Below, piece after piece: positions 12,465 to 24,795 of a stretch of DNA of 64,000 bases. The notes under the pieces are model-generated. The model saw only the letters and a program-made list of their open reading frames with translations, searched no databases and was not told where the DNA came from. The stretch covers positions 806,001 to 870,000 of the forward strand of contig NW_027590121.1 in the NCBI RefSeq assembly GCF_964213995.1, read 5' to 3'. Both the position numbers and the translations under genes were made by a program. Source of the DNA: Mustelus asterias. Taxonomy: Eukaryota. Every line of letters begins with the position of its first letter. The stretch's first letter is position 1.

Positions 12465-12720
12465 CTGCACTGCTGCCTCATAGTGCCAGGGACCTGATTT
12501 AATTCCCGGCTTGGGTCACTGTCTGTGCAGAGACTGCATGTTCTCCCCGTGTCTGTGTGGGTTCCCTCCAGGTGCTCTGGTTTCCTCCCATGGTCTGAAA
12601 AATGCACTGTTTAGGTGCATTGACCCGAACAGTTGCCAGACTGTGGTGACAAGGGGAATTTCACAGTGTTAATTGCAGTGTTAATGTAAGCCTTACTTGT
12701 GACTAATAAATAAACTTTAA
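12465..12720 (+). mobile_element. HE1/V-SINE (tail type 2)
   Basis: V-domain; ends gtgactaataaataaac. Confidence 0.85.
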
Positions 12721-12744
12721 CTTTTAACTTGAATTTTGTGATCT

Positions 12745-13072
12745 CATAGAAACGTAGAATCTTACAGTGCAGAAGAAGGACATTCAGCCCATCGAGTCTG
12801 CACCAACCACAATCCCACCCAGGCCCTATCCCCGTGACTCCACATATTTAACCTGCTAATCCTCCTGACACTAAGGTCAATTTTGCATGGCCAGTCAACC
12901 TAAGCAGCACATCTTTGGACTGTGGAAGGAAACCGGAGCACCCGGAGGAAACCCACACAGACACGGGGAGAATGTGCAGACTCTGCACAGACAGTGACCC
13001 AAGCCGGGAATTGAACTCAGGTCCCTGGCGCTGTGAGGCAGTAGTGCTAACCACTGTGCCACCATGCCGCCC
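12745..13072 (-). mobile_element. HE1/V-SINE (CR1-type tail)
   Basis: Full-length match to other copies. Confidence 0.9.
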
Positions 13073-13579
13073 TCATCTTCTAGAACAAATAGTAAATTGT
13101 TGAGATTATAAAGTTTGAATTGTAATATCTAATGGTGTAAAGTATCTGGGAGCAGAGTGGATGTGATAAAGGCTGGAATACAGACTGTGGGAATGAGGCT
13201 GAAACTGCTGTGCTCAGTGAATGGTTCTTATTGGAGGGAGGGATGGGAGGAGGGATGGATGGTGAGAGGGAGGGATGGAGAAAGGGAGGGAGTGTGAGGT
13301 GGATGGAGGGTGAGAGGGATGAATGGGGGTGAATGTGAAAAGCTGAAGTTTACATTTGAGGAGGTTCCCAGTCTCTCTGATCAGCTGAACTGGGGAAGCT
13401 TTTGCACAGACTGTGCTGCTGCTGTTTCGCCGCCGGTCCACCAGGGGTCGCTATATGCCTCCCAGCTGCTGCTCCTCCCAGTGTCACCACTTGCCCACTC
13501 CAGCCCCTCCAGTACACCTCACTGGAGCCCCGGGCCATTCTTGCCATCCTGCCAGGTCTCGGGTACTGAGGCCAATAGT

Positions 13580-13868
13580 AAAGTTTATTTATGTGTCACA
13601 ACTCGGTTTACATTCACACTGTAATGAAGTCACTGTGAAAATCACTTTGTTGCCACACTCCGGCACCTGTTCGGGTACACTGAGGGAGAATTCAGCATGG
13701 CCAATGCACCTAACCAGCCTGTCTTTTGAACTGTGGGAGGAAACTGGAGCAAATCCACACAGACACGTGGAAAATGTGCAAACTCCACACAGTGACCCAG
13801 CCGGGAATCGAATCCAAACCCCTGGTGCTGTGAGGCAGCAGTGCTAACCACTGGGCCACTGTACCACC
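13580..13868 (-). mobile_element. HE1/V-SINE (tail type 2)
   Basis: Full-length match to other copies. Confidence 0.85.
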
Positions 13869-14474
13869 CAGTGCTCTAAGGTTAAGTTTCTTCTTCAAAT
13901 CAAAGAAGATTCAGTGTCACATCAGGACGGGGAAAAAGGAGTCCATTGGCTTCAGATGGATAATGATAAAAGTGAATATCCCAATTTATTCACTTCATTC
14001 CTTCAAGCTGAGGTTTACAAAGTGAAAATTCCGCTGTTTATAGCAGTGACTAAATAAGCAATGACCCACCACATAGCTAGTAATGCAGAATTTATCCCAT
14101 AGGCAGCTCCTTGGCTCATTGTCTGCTGATGTGTCATCCAGAGCTGTTTCCCTGGCAGTTTGTGTCAGTAGTAGGCTGCCGTTACCATCCACTCTTGGGC
14201 AGGGTGAGGAGACGGCTCCAACACCGACCTCAGCTGGAATGGGGATTGAACCAGACATTAGTCCGCAGGCCAGCAATGCTGCAAGAATTGCAAAGGGGCT
14301 CCACAGAGGCCCAGAATTAGAAGAGGGGGTTGTGAAGATGGAGGAAGTGTCTGCAAGACATGAGGACATTTTGGATTATCTCAAAATTACAGAATATGGG
14401 AGACCAGTCAGAAATGTGTTGAAATTGTCAAGTCTGGCAGTAATGTGTGGATGTGCGATTCAGCAGCAGATGAA

Positions 14475-14800
14475 GGGCTGCACGGTGGAACAGTGGTTAG
14501 CACTGCTGCCTAACAGCACCGGGTTTGAATCCAGTCTTGGGTTTCTGTGTGGAGTTTGCACCTTCTCCCTGCGTCTGAGTTTCCTCTGGGTGCTTCAGTT
14601 TCCTCCTACAATCCAAAGATGTGCAGGTTAGGTGGATTGGCCATGTTAAATTATCTGTTTGCGTCCAAAGATGTGTAGGTTGGGGGGGGGTTAGCAGGGT
14701 AAATGCACAAGGGTACAGGGCCCATCGAGTCTGCACCGACTCTCCAACAGAGCATCTCACCCAGGCCCTATTCCCGTAGCCCCACATATTTATCCCGCTA
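14475..14800 (+). mobile_element. HE1/V-SINE with inverted 3' fragment
   Basis: Head at 14475; reverse-oriented tail piece from ~14718. Confidence 0.7.
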
Positions 14801-15287
14801 TTCCACTGTGTTACTTATTCATTACAATAGGGACCAGAGTCTGAGGTTATAAATGGGTGAGTTTACTCCAATAGTAATTCTTTCGACATCTGACAAGTTT
14901 ACAGCTATTAACATCCTGCCTATCAAATAGCTCCAGCCGACATATGAGAGGACCAACATTCAGAGCTTTCACATCCTCATCCTGAAGTTACAAAACAGAC
15001 TTTGGTCATCGGCCTGCTGATACATCGGCACATTCACACAGGGGTGGATTGGACTGTGATCTATTTATTATTCATCCTTAGTTCAATACAGTTTCTGAGT
15101 GATTTAAATTTAAAACAAGGTCTGCAGGCGTGAAGATTTATTGACACATGAATGAGAGATGCTGTGGGGCATTCTACGAGTCTAACAGGGCTGATTTACA
15201 TCAGATAAACTCCAACTATCAGTATAAACATTATTTAGTTGGGATGTAATTAACAGCAGCAATAACAGCAGAATCACACCCCTGTGA

Positions 15288-16493
15288 TCACTGGTGAACT
15301 CGCTGGTGTCTCACCAGGTTGTATGACTGGGTGAATCTCTTTCCACACTTTGAACAAGTGAACGGCTTCTCCTCACTGTGAACTTGTTGGTGCCTCAGCA
15401 GAATGGATGACCGGGTGAATCCTTTCCCACACTCAGTACAGGTGAACGATCTCTCCTCAGAGTGATTTCGCTGGTGTGCGAGCAGAAGTTTTCTGCTTTT
15501 AAAGCTCTTCTCACAGTCAGAACATCTGAACGGTCTCTCATTTGTGTGAACAAGTTGGTGTGAAGTGAGAGAGGATAAACAAGTGAATCCCTTCCCACAC
15601 ACAGGGCAGGTGAACGGCCTCTCCCCAGTGTGAATTCGCTGGTGTACAGTGAGGTCGCCTGATCGCCTGAAGCCAGTCCCGCAGTGAGAGCACATGAATG
15701 GTCTGTCGTCAGAGTGAACACGTTGATGGTGACGCAGTTCCTCAGAACTTTTATAGCCCTTCCCGCAGTCTGGACATTTAAACGGTCTCTCTTCACTGTG
15801 AACTCGTTGGTGTTTCTGCAGGTTGGATGATCGGTTAAATCCCTTCCCACATTCAGAGCAGGTGAATGGCCTCTCTCCAGTGTGAATGCGCTCATGTGCC
15901 ACAAGGTGGAATGATGTCCTGAACCCTTTCTGGCAGTGGGAGCAGCTGAACGGTGTGGAACCGGTGTGAATGTACTGGTGCTCCCGCAGTGTGCGTGGAG
16001 TTTTAAAACTCTTTCCACACTCAGTGCATTTAAACTCTCTCCTGTCGGTGTGAACTCGCTGGTGTCTCTGCAGGGCAGAGAAATCTGTGAATCCCTTCCC
16101 ACACACGGAGCAGGTGAATGTCCTCTCCCCTGTGTGAATGTGCCAATGCATCAGCAGGGCCGATGACTGAGTAAATCCTTTTCCACATTCGGAGCAGGTG
16201 AACTGCCTGTCCCTGCTGTGAATGCGCTGGTGTATCAACAGGCCAGCTGACTGAGTGAATCCCTTCCCACACACAGGGCAGCTAAAAGGTCTCTCTCCAC
16301 TGTGAGTGCGTCGGTGATTTTCCAGGTCAACTGGGTAATTGAATCCTTTCCCACAGTCTCCACATTTATACGGTCTCTCCCTGATGTGACTGCGCTTGTG
16401 TCTTGACAGGCCAGACGATCGTTTGAAGCCTTGTCCACACACAGAACATGTGTATGGTTTCTCCCCACTGTGAATGGTGCTTTTTTCTTCCAT
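15288..16493 (-). CDS. ZF3: C2H2 zinc-finger protein, ~401 aa, 14 canonical fingers
   Basis: Open ORF from [10 protein letters not shown] (same ATG as ZF1/ZF2); acceptor near 16600; the longer 508-aa ORF runs into intron sequence. Confidence 0.9.
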   Translation of the reverse strand: MEEKSTIHSGEKPYTCSVCGQGFKRSSGLSRHKRSHIRERPYKCGDCGKGFNYPVDLENHRRTHSGERPFSCPVCGKGFTQSAGLLIHQRIHSRDRQFTCSECGKGFTQSSALLMHWHIHTGERTFTCSVCGKGFTDFSALQRHQRVHTDRREFKCTECGKSFKTPRTLREHQYIHTGSTPFSCSHCQKGFRTSFHLVAHERIHTGERPFTCSECGKGFNRSSNLQKHQRVHSEERPFKCPDCGKGYKSSEELRHHQRVHSDDRPFMCSHCGTGFRRSGDLTVHQRIHTGERPFTCPVCGKGFTCLSSLTSHQLVHTNERPFRCSDCEKSFKSRKLLLAHQRNHSEERSFTCTECGKGFTRSSILLRHQQVHSEEKPFTCSKCGKRFTQSYNLVRHQRVHQ

Positions 16494-17859
16494 GTTTAAT
16501 GGCCTATGATATTTCGATCCTGATGAATCGAGGCACTCTGTCTGATCTTGATGTGATCCTTGATTTACAATTGTCTGTAATTCCTCACCTTCTAATCCCC
16601 TGAAAAATGAATTGAAAACAGAAAGAGGGAAACATAAGAGACAAGCCATTATAACACAAAGGCAAGATGTGAAATTGAGCTGAATGAATCTGGTAAATTG
16701 TGGGATTGGGAATAGGAAAAAAGATATGAAAGCTGCTGGATTGTCATAAAGCTTCAAACTGTTCACCAGTGCACTGAGGGAAAGGAACCCTTCACCCTTC
16801 AGAGCCCACAACAAAAATCCAGCCTTTCTGTGTGAAGAGGAAGAGGTCAGGGAGGAGGGTGATGGAAAGAGATTTTATACATCAGCAACTCAACCAGCAT
16901 TTTGGCAGAATCTCCTCAGCCCACAATCTTCCCCACCTGGAAGTACCAGAGCAGCTGGGACATGGGAAAACCACACAACTCCCTGACTTGGACAAATATC
17001 ACTGTCCCTTCAACGTGACTGGGTTAAAATCCTAATACTGTTGCATTGTGGGAGCACCTTTACTATATGGACTGCAGAGGTTTAAGAAAAAGGCCAACTA
17101 TCACCATCACAAAGGATAACTGGTGATTGGTAACATATCACTGTCAGTGCAGGATAGTAATTCAGGACAGTAACCTGGGCCTTGTGAGTAATGTCCACAT
17201 CCTAAGAAGTTTTATTTTTTTGCAAATCTATATGAAACTTGCAATGAAACAAAACCCACGACCACTACAATCTACAAGGACAGTGGACAGATGGGAAACC
17301 ACCATTTGGAATTCCCCCTCCAAGCCACTCACCATCCTGATTTGGAAATATGTCGCTTTCCTTCACTGTCATTGGATCAAAATCTTGGAATTCCCTCCCT
17401 AACAGCACTGTAGGTGTACCTACCACATGGATTGCAGCGATTCAAGAAGGCAGCTCACCAACAACTTTTCAAGGACAATTAGGGATGGGAAATAAGTGCT
17501 GGTCTAATCAATGACACCCACCTCCATTGAATGATTTTGAGAAATGACCTGGAATATCCACAAGAATACAATCCTGACAATTACTCAGTGAAATACTTCA
17601 CTCAGTCACACCATTTTCTGAGTTTACATTTGACTGGAGCTCTTGGATTCCGCTGTAATTGCTGCTGCTTGTGGAAGACTTTGGGACATTTACAATTCTC
17701 CACCAATTACCACTCCCTTTCTTTCTGATGGATAATGAAAGATCTATGCATAGATTTCAGTATAACTTGGTTCCTCTTTTAATTAATTTATCGAACCCGC
17801 CCCCGTCCCCCAATCTACACACAATAGTAAAAACATCACGAGCTACTAATAATGACTTT

Positions 17860-18360
17860 CAATGGCAGAGTCCTGACCCAGCATTCCCCGCGGTGCTGAA
17901 TGTCCCCTATTCACACCAGAGGCAGGCACCGCACAGGCGCATTAACCCCCCATATTGGAGCGTGCGCACTGTCAGTAATGGCGATGAGGTTGGGCTGTTT
18001 TTGCCTCTTTGCAGCGGGAAAGAAAGAGAAAACTCTGATGGAGCGGGCTCTGGATAGGGAAAGTTTCTAAACAATTGGTGAGTGCCTCAAACCGCGATTA
18101 AGACTCTGCCGCTCCCGTGTTTGCAGCTCTGGGTCTTTTCCTCTCCGAGGCCCAAGCCCAGGCTGACGGCCGCCATCTTGGTTCCACGAGGAGCGCATGC
18201 GGCAGGGTATTCTTGACGCAACAGTATGGGGGCGGGGCTAAGGTTATTCTCTTCCCACTGGGTCCTAGTGTCCGATACAGCCACCAGAGTATGAGTTTGT
18301 TCAACATTTTCACCCACTCTCAAGCTGCAGCTGATGTTTTGCAGCCGCGAGGAGTCCATG
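17860..18360. promoter_or_regulatory. CpG-island bidirectional promoter between ZF3(-) and ZF4(+)
   Basis: YY1 ccgccatctt 18170, NRF1-like gcgcatgcg 18194, GC box ggggcgggg ~18229, candidate donor g|gtgagt ~18078. Confidence 0.65.
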
Positions 18361-18429
18361 AACCATGTTTATATTCAGTGTGAGAGGTTGCAGACCTTGA
18401 AGGAGCTGCCTCTCCACTTTTAATTTTAA

Positions 18430-18765
18430 GGGTGGCACGGTGGCACAATGGTTAGCACTGCTGCTTCACAGCTCCAGGGGCCTGGGTTCGATTCCCGGCT
18501 TGGGTCACTGTCTGTGCGGAGTTTGCACATTCTCCTCGTGTCTGCGTGGGTTTCCTCCGGGTGCTCCGGTTTCCTCCCACAGTCCAAAGATGTGCGGGTT
18601 AGGTTGATTGGCCGTGCTAAAATTGCCCCTTAGTGTCCTGAGATGCGTAGGTTAGAGGGATTAGCGGGTAAATATGTAGGGATATGGGGTGGGATTGTGG
18701 TCGGTGCAGACTCGATGGGCCAGATGGCCTCTTTCTGCACTGTAGGGTTTCTATGATTCTATGAT
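18430..18765 (+). mobile_element. HE1/V-SINE, young (CR1-type tail)
   Basis: Near-identical to 31047-31390 and 57243-57585. Confidence 0.9.
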
Positions 18766-19429
18766 TCTTCTTTAATTACACTTCTTTTCTGCCCCACACT
18801 CCTATTCGTTGGCTGCCCAGTGTGGAGCAGGCTAGGGAGGTCAGAGGATCTTTTCCTGGACCTGCTCTTGGGGCTAGTTAAAACAGTAATTTGTAGATCA
18901 GCAGGAGGTAACTTGGCTGTCGGCTGCTCTTCCGTGGTCTTGTCCATGCTCGAATGGTCCTGGAGAGGGAGTGTGCGGTGTCAACTGGAACACTCGATAC
19001 CTTCCACAACTCAGGGTACAGAGTGTCTCATAGACACTGGAAACAAATTTCTGGTTTAGTTGAGATGGAAGTTTGATTGGACCACAAGATTGGAGAAACA
19101 AGAGAGAAAATAATGTTCTGTGGAAACTAGAAATGCTTGTTCTGAATTTCTATCCTGTACTGACAGTGATACTGACTCTGCCAATGTCTTTTACAAGGTA
19201 CACAGGCGGGAAACTGAAACCAAACATCACATCAAAATCTGAAAAAGTCACTCCATTCATCACAACACGAATATCATCGACCTTTAAATGTGAAAGATTT
19301 CAAACATCAGTGTGACTGGAAAAACACCGAACAAACGTACACCCAAGTTCCAGTGACCTGACTGTGGAAACAGCTTTAACCAGTTACACAGCCTGAAAAA
19401 ACATCACACTATTCACAGCAGCGAGCCAA

Positions 19430-19570
19430 AGGATGGGAAGACCTAGGATCAGAGTTAGGCCATTGGGCCCATCGAGTCTGCTCCACCATTCAATGAGATC
19501 ATGGTTGATCTGATATAATCCTCAACTCCACTTTCCTGCCTTATCCCCATGACCCTTGATTCCCTTACTG
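19430..19570 (-). mobile_element. CR1 3'-end fragment in the ZF4 leader
   Basis: ggccatt.ggcccatcgagtctgctcc tail interrupting HSGEK sequence. Confidence 0.75.
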
Positions 19571-19650
19571 AGAAAGAATACACAAGTTCTTTGTGTGGAC
19601 AAGGCTTGAACAGATCATTTAACCAAGAGAGACACAAGGATACTGGCACC

Positions 19651-21135
19651 ATGGAGAAACCATGGAACAAAGAACAAAGAAAACTACAGCACAGGAACAG
19701 GCCCTTCGGCCCTCCAAGCCTGCACCAACAATGCTGCCCAACTAAACTAAAACCCCCTACCCTTCCGGGGACCATATCCCTCTATTCCCATCCTATTCAT
19801 GTATTTGTCCAGATGCCCCTTAAAACTCACTATCATATCTGCTTCCACTACCTCCCCCGGCATCGAGTTCCAGGCACCCACCACCCTCTGTGTAAAAAAA
19901 CTTGAAAATGTGGTGACTGTGGGAAGGGATTCAATTATCCATCTCTGCTGGAAATGCATCGCCGCGGTCACATTGGGGAGAGACCATTCACCTGCTCTGT
20001 GTGCAGGAAGGGATTCATTCAATCATCCCACCTGCTGACCCACCAGCAAGTTCACATTGAAGAGAGGTGTTGACAGTGATAACAATTCTAAAAGCTCTGA
20101 GGACCTGTGAAGCACCAGGTCATTCACATTGTGAGACAGTTCAGTTGCTCGCATTGTGGGAAGCTATTTAAACAATCACAGAACCTCACTGAACACGAAC
20201 ACACTCACACTGGGGAGAGGCTGTTCACCTGCTCTGTGTGAGGGAACGGATTCACATGATCATCCCACCTCGCTACACACCGACTGGTTCGCATTTATAA
20301 CAGACCTTTCAAATGTACGGAATGTGAGAAGCGTTATAAAACCACAAGTGATCTGCTGATACACCAGTGAGTTCACAATGAGGAGAGGCCATTCAGATGT
20401 AAAGTGTGTGGGAAGGAATTCACTCTGTTATCCAGCCTCCAGAAACATCAGCGAGTTCACACTGGGGAGAGGTCGTTCACCTGCTCCTTGTGTGGAAAAG
20501 GATTCATTTATTTAACCAGCCTCAGATCACACCAACTCGTTCACTTGGATAAGAAACCTTTCAAATGTTCCGAATGTGAGAAGAGTTATAAAACCACAAG
20601 TGATCTGCTGATACACCAGCGAGTTCACAATGAGGAGAGGCCATTCAGATGTACAGTGTGTGGGAAGGGATTCACTCTGTTATCCAGCCTCCAGAAACAC
20701 CGTGAGTTCACACTGGGCAGAGGTCATTCACCTGTTCCTTGTGTGGAAAAGGATTCATTTATTTAACCAGCCTCAGATCACACCAACTCGTTCACTTGGA
20801 TAAGAAACCTTTCAAATGTTCTGAATGTGAGAAGAGCTTTAAGACCTCCAGTATTCTGCTGAGACACCAACAAGTTCAGACCAGGGAGAGACTGTTCACC
20901 TGCTCCAACTGTGCAAAGGGATTCACTCGCTCATCCAACCTGCGAACACACCAGCACATTCACACCGGGGAGAAATAGTACACTTGCTCTGAATACGGGA
21001 AGGGATTTTCTCACTCATTCCACCTGCTGAGACACCAACACACTCATAATGGAGAGAGACCGTTCACCTTCTCTGAGTATGAGATGGATTCACTCAGTCA
21101 ACCCACCATCTTACCCACCAGAAAGTTGACAAGTG
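19651..21135 (+). pseudogene. ZF4: C2H2 zinc-finger pseudogene
   Basis: MEKPW interrupted by a CR1 3' insertion; several stops and frameshifts; 252-bp three-finger duplication. Confidence 0.85.
19668..19903 (-). mobile_element. HER1/CR1 3'-end fragment inside the ZF4 first finger
   Basis: FFTQRVVGAWNS.. RT C-terminus and (aacaaag)n tail. Confidence 0.85.
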
Positions 21136-21984
21136 TCTGCAGGGATTGGATTCTGCTGTTATTGCTGCTGGTAATGACATCCAGGACTGAACCATGTTCA
21201 TTCTGAACATCGCTATAACTGGGCTGGAGATTAATACTCTGGATAAATGTCAGATTAACTAATATTGTTTCAGATGCAAAGCGGGGATCTTCATTTCTTC
21301 AGGATAAGAACAGATTAATCAATGTCTTGTTACCAATTGCTGCTTTTTTGTGGCCTTTGTCTTTTCTAACTCTCAATTATTTCAAGTTCTCATACCTTCA
21401 GTTACTCTCATGGACAAGTTCCAGCTCTCATCCCTTCCAGAGTGTCTTTCCTGGTCTTGGAATCCAAGGAACATATCAATAACATATCTGTGATCACTAA
21501 AGACAAAACAGATATTTGCACTGATCCGCTTCTTTCCCCAGTCACTGAGGATGGGGATATCTGTGGAGCTTTCTCTCTCTGTGATTTGTTTAATTGTCCC
21601 TCACCATTCACGACTGGATGTGGGGGGACTGCAGCTCTGATCTGATCCGTTGTTTGTGGATTGTTTGGTCCTGCCTAGAACTTGCCGCTTCTGTTGCTTA
21701 GTGTGCTTATAGTCCCGTGTTACCAGTCACCAGATTGGAATCTCAGCTTTAGGGTGCCTGGTGCTGCTGCTGACACGTCCTCCTACACTCCATGTTGAAC
21801 CAGAATGATCCCTTGGCTTGATGGTAATGGTAGAGTGAGGGATATACCGGGCCATGAGTTTACAGATTGTGGTTGAATATTGAGCTGCTGATGACCCACA
21901 GCACCTCATGGATGTGCAGTTTTGATCTATGTCTATTCTGAATCTATCCCGTGCCACACGAGATGATGGAGGGTATCAGATCAC

Positions 21985-23580
21985 AAGAATTAGGAGCAGG
22001 TGTCGGCCATTTGGCCCCTCAAACTTGCTCCACAATTCAATAAGAATCATGACTGATCTGACTGTGGCCTTCACTCCACTTCCTGCTGCTCCAGAGTCCT
22101 TGACTCCTTGTTGATTAATACTCTGTCTAACTCAGCCTTGAATATGTTCAATGAACCACAGCCTCCATTGCTCTCTGGGGAAGAAAATTCCACAAACTAA
22201 TGACCCTCAGAAAAGAAATTTCCCCTGATATCTGCCTGAAATGGGAGAGTCCTTATCTTTAAAGTGTGACTCCTGCTTCTAGATTCCTCACAAAAACAAA
22301 ACATTCTCTCAGCATCCACCCTGACAAGATCCCTCAGAATCTCATGTTTCAGTCAGGTCACCTCTCATTCTTCTAAATTCCATTGAGTATAGACCCAACT
22401 TGCTCAACTTTCCCCAGAAGACAAACTCCTTCATCCAAGCAATCAGTCTAGTGAATCTCCCCTGAACTGTCTCCAATGCACCCGTATCACTGTTCAAGCA
22501 AGGAGACCAAATCTGTACACAGTACTCTCGGTGCAGTTTCACCAATTCTTTGTATGATTGTAGCAAGACTTTATTACTTATATATTCCATCTCCCTTACA
22601 GAAAACCTTCCTAACAACTTGCTGTTCCTGCTTGTTACTTTTCTGTGATTCTTTTAGAAGTTCACCCAGATCCCTCAGTCCTGCAGCATTCTACACTATA
22701 TTTAGATTATATTGTTTTTTCCTATTCTTCCTGCTAAAGTCAATATCCTTATATTTTCCCATATCATACTCCATCTGCTAAGATTTTTCCTACTCACTTA
22801 CCTATTTATATACCTTTGCAGATTCTTTGTATCCTCCTCACAACATGCTTTCCTATCTATCTCCGTGTCAACCTGTTGCTTGATTGGACTGTGAGACTGT
22901 AGGAAAGGTCAGTTTGTAGTTTAGTGATGTGTAATGATCAAATAATTGAATTATATTAATCATTTAACCTGATGTGATATTCAGCTTAATTGTAATCAGT
23001 GTAAGATATGAGAATCTTGTGACTGGCTCTTTGTCTGTAGCTGCATCCTTATTTGACAAGTGAAATACATCACATACCCTTGGATAATTACAGAGCAAGT
23101 ACTGTGAAACCCATCAAGTCTTGGTGAGTTAAGGTCTGGAGCCATTAGCATCCCAGCCATTGACAACTGACAGTTATATTTGAGTTAGAGGCCCTGTTAC
23201 ATTGAAACATACATAGAAACTAGACGCAGGAATAGACCATTCAGCCCTTCAAGCCTGCTCCGCCATTTATTATGATCATGGCTGATCATCACATTCAATA
23301 TCCCGGTCCCCCCCACAAATATGCCTTTAGGCCCAAGAGCTATATCTAATTCCTTCTTCAAATCACAAAATATTTTAGCCTCAATTATTTTCTGTGGTAG
23401 TGAATTCTACAGATGCACCACCCTCTGGGTGAAGAAATTTCTCAACTCAGTCCTAAAAGGTTTACCCCTTATCCTCAAACTATGACCCCTAATTCTGGAC
23501 TCACCCACCATTGGGAACATTCTTTCTGAATCTACCCTGTTTAACCCTGTTAGATTTTTATAAGTTTCTATGAGATCCCC
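21985..23580 (-). mobile_element. CR1-clade LINE 3' fragments
   Basis: ORF 22342-22617 LQSYKELVK.H.EYCVQIWSP..RRMRGDLTET; second tail at 23200-23580. Confidence 0.75.
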
Positions 23581-24568
23581 TGTCAATAAACCATCACACC
23601 TGCAATACTTTGTTTTAAATTTATATCATTTAGAAACTCTGCTGAAATAAAGATGAACAATAAACAGATCACAGTCCAATGCTGCAGCTCTACATTGACA
23701 GGAGAAAGTCTGTTCTGTAACTCCAGGATCAGACAGTGTCAGCTCTGAATGTTGGGAATCACAGGCAGGCTTGAGCTGTTTGATAGATGAGTTGTTCATA
23801 GCTGTTAACTTGCAGATATTGAAGGAATTACTCTGAACCTTCCATAGGCACCAGTTATGGACATCAACATAGTGCTAATTTACAGTGAATCACTGAGTAT
23901 CCTGGGATCTTTGTTACTTGTTTTGTGAAATATCTCTCCCCATTAGTGTTGAACTGCTGGATAACTCTGATTGCATTTAGACATGTCTAGAAAGAGACAA
24001 TTTGCCCAGATTTAACTGCAATTTATAACCAATAAACAATGTTTATATTCTGACTTGTAGATTGGTGTCTTGGTGATTTGTGAAGAAAGATTTAATTCAC
24101 TCACTCAGCAGTTTGAGGGGAACCAGACAGAGGTTTAATGTAATAAGAAATAGGAGCAGGAAGAGGCCATTCAGCCCTTTGAGTTTGTTCAGCTATTCAC
24201 TGAGATCAAGGTTGATAATCTACCTCAACCCCACCTCCCCGCACTGTCCCCATATCGCTTAACTTCTCTTTATACCCAAATATTTATCAATCTTTGTCTT
24301 AATTACACCCAATGCCGAGCATCCACTGCTCCCTGGGGTAGAGAATTCCAGACATTCACAACTGAGTGAAGAATTTTCTCCTCAATTCAATCTAAATAAT
24401 TGACCCCTTATTCTGAGACTGTGATCCAGTGTTCCAGGTTCCGCAGTCAGGGGAAACATTTTCACACCATCGAACCTCTCAGGCCCATGAAGAATCATAT
24501 ACTCTGATTAGATCACCTCTCATTTTTCTCACCACCATTAATTAGATCCTAATCTGATTTTATCGGTA

Positions 24569-24795
24569 AAAGCAAAATACTGCGGATGCTGGAATCTGAA
24601 ACAAAAATAGAAAATGCTGGAAAATCTCAGCAGATCTGACAGCATCTGTGGGGAGTGAACAGAGCCAATATGTCGAGTCTGGATGACTGTCTGTCAGAGC
24701 TGACGAAGGGTCATCCAGACTTGAAACGTTGGCTCTATTCTCTCTCCACAGGTGCTATCAGACCTGCTGAGATTTTCCAGCATTTTCTGTTTTTG
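24569..24795. mobile_element. Palindromic Penelope-type short element with hammerhead core
   Basis: Inverted arms centred ~24697; CTGACGA-agggtc-atcca-gactt-GAAA-CGTT at 24700-24730. Confidence 0.75.

Noticed and set aside
14083-14631. 182-aa ORF
   Set aside because: No recognisable motif; runs into a SINE; possibly a transposon remnant but unsupported
16494-16814. N-terminal extension of ZF3 as a novel domain
   Set aside because: Crosses the splice acceptor (~16600) into intron/repeat sequence; not open in paralogs
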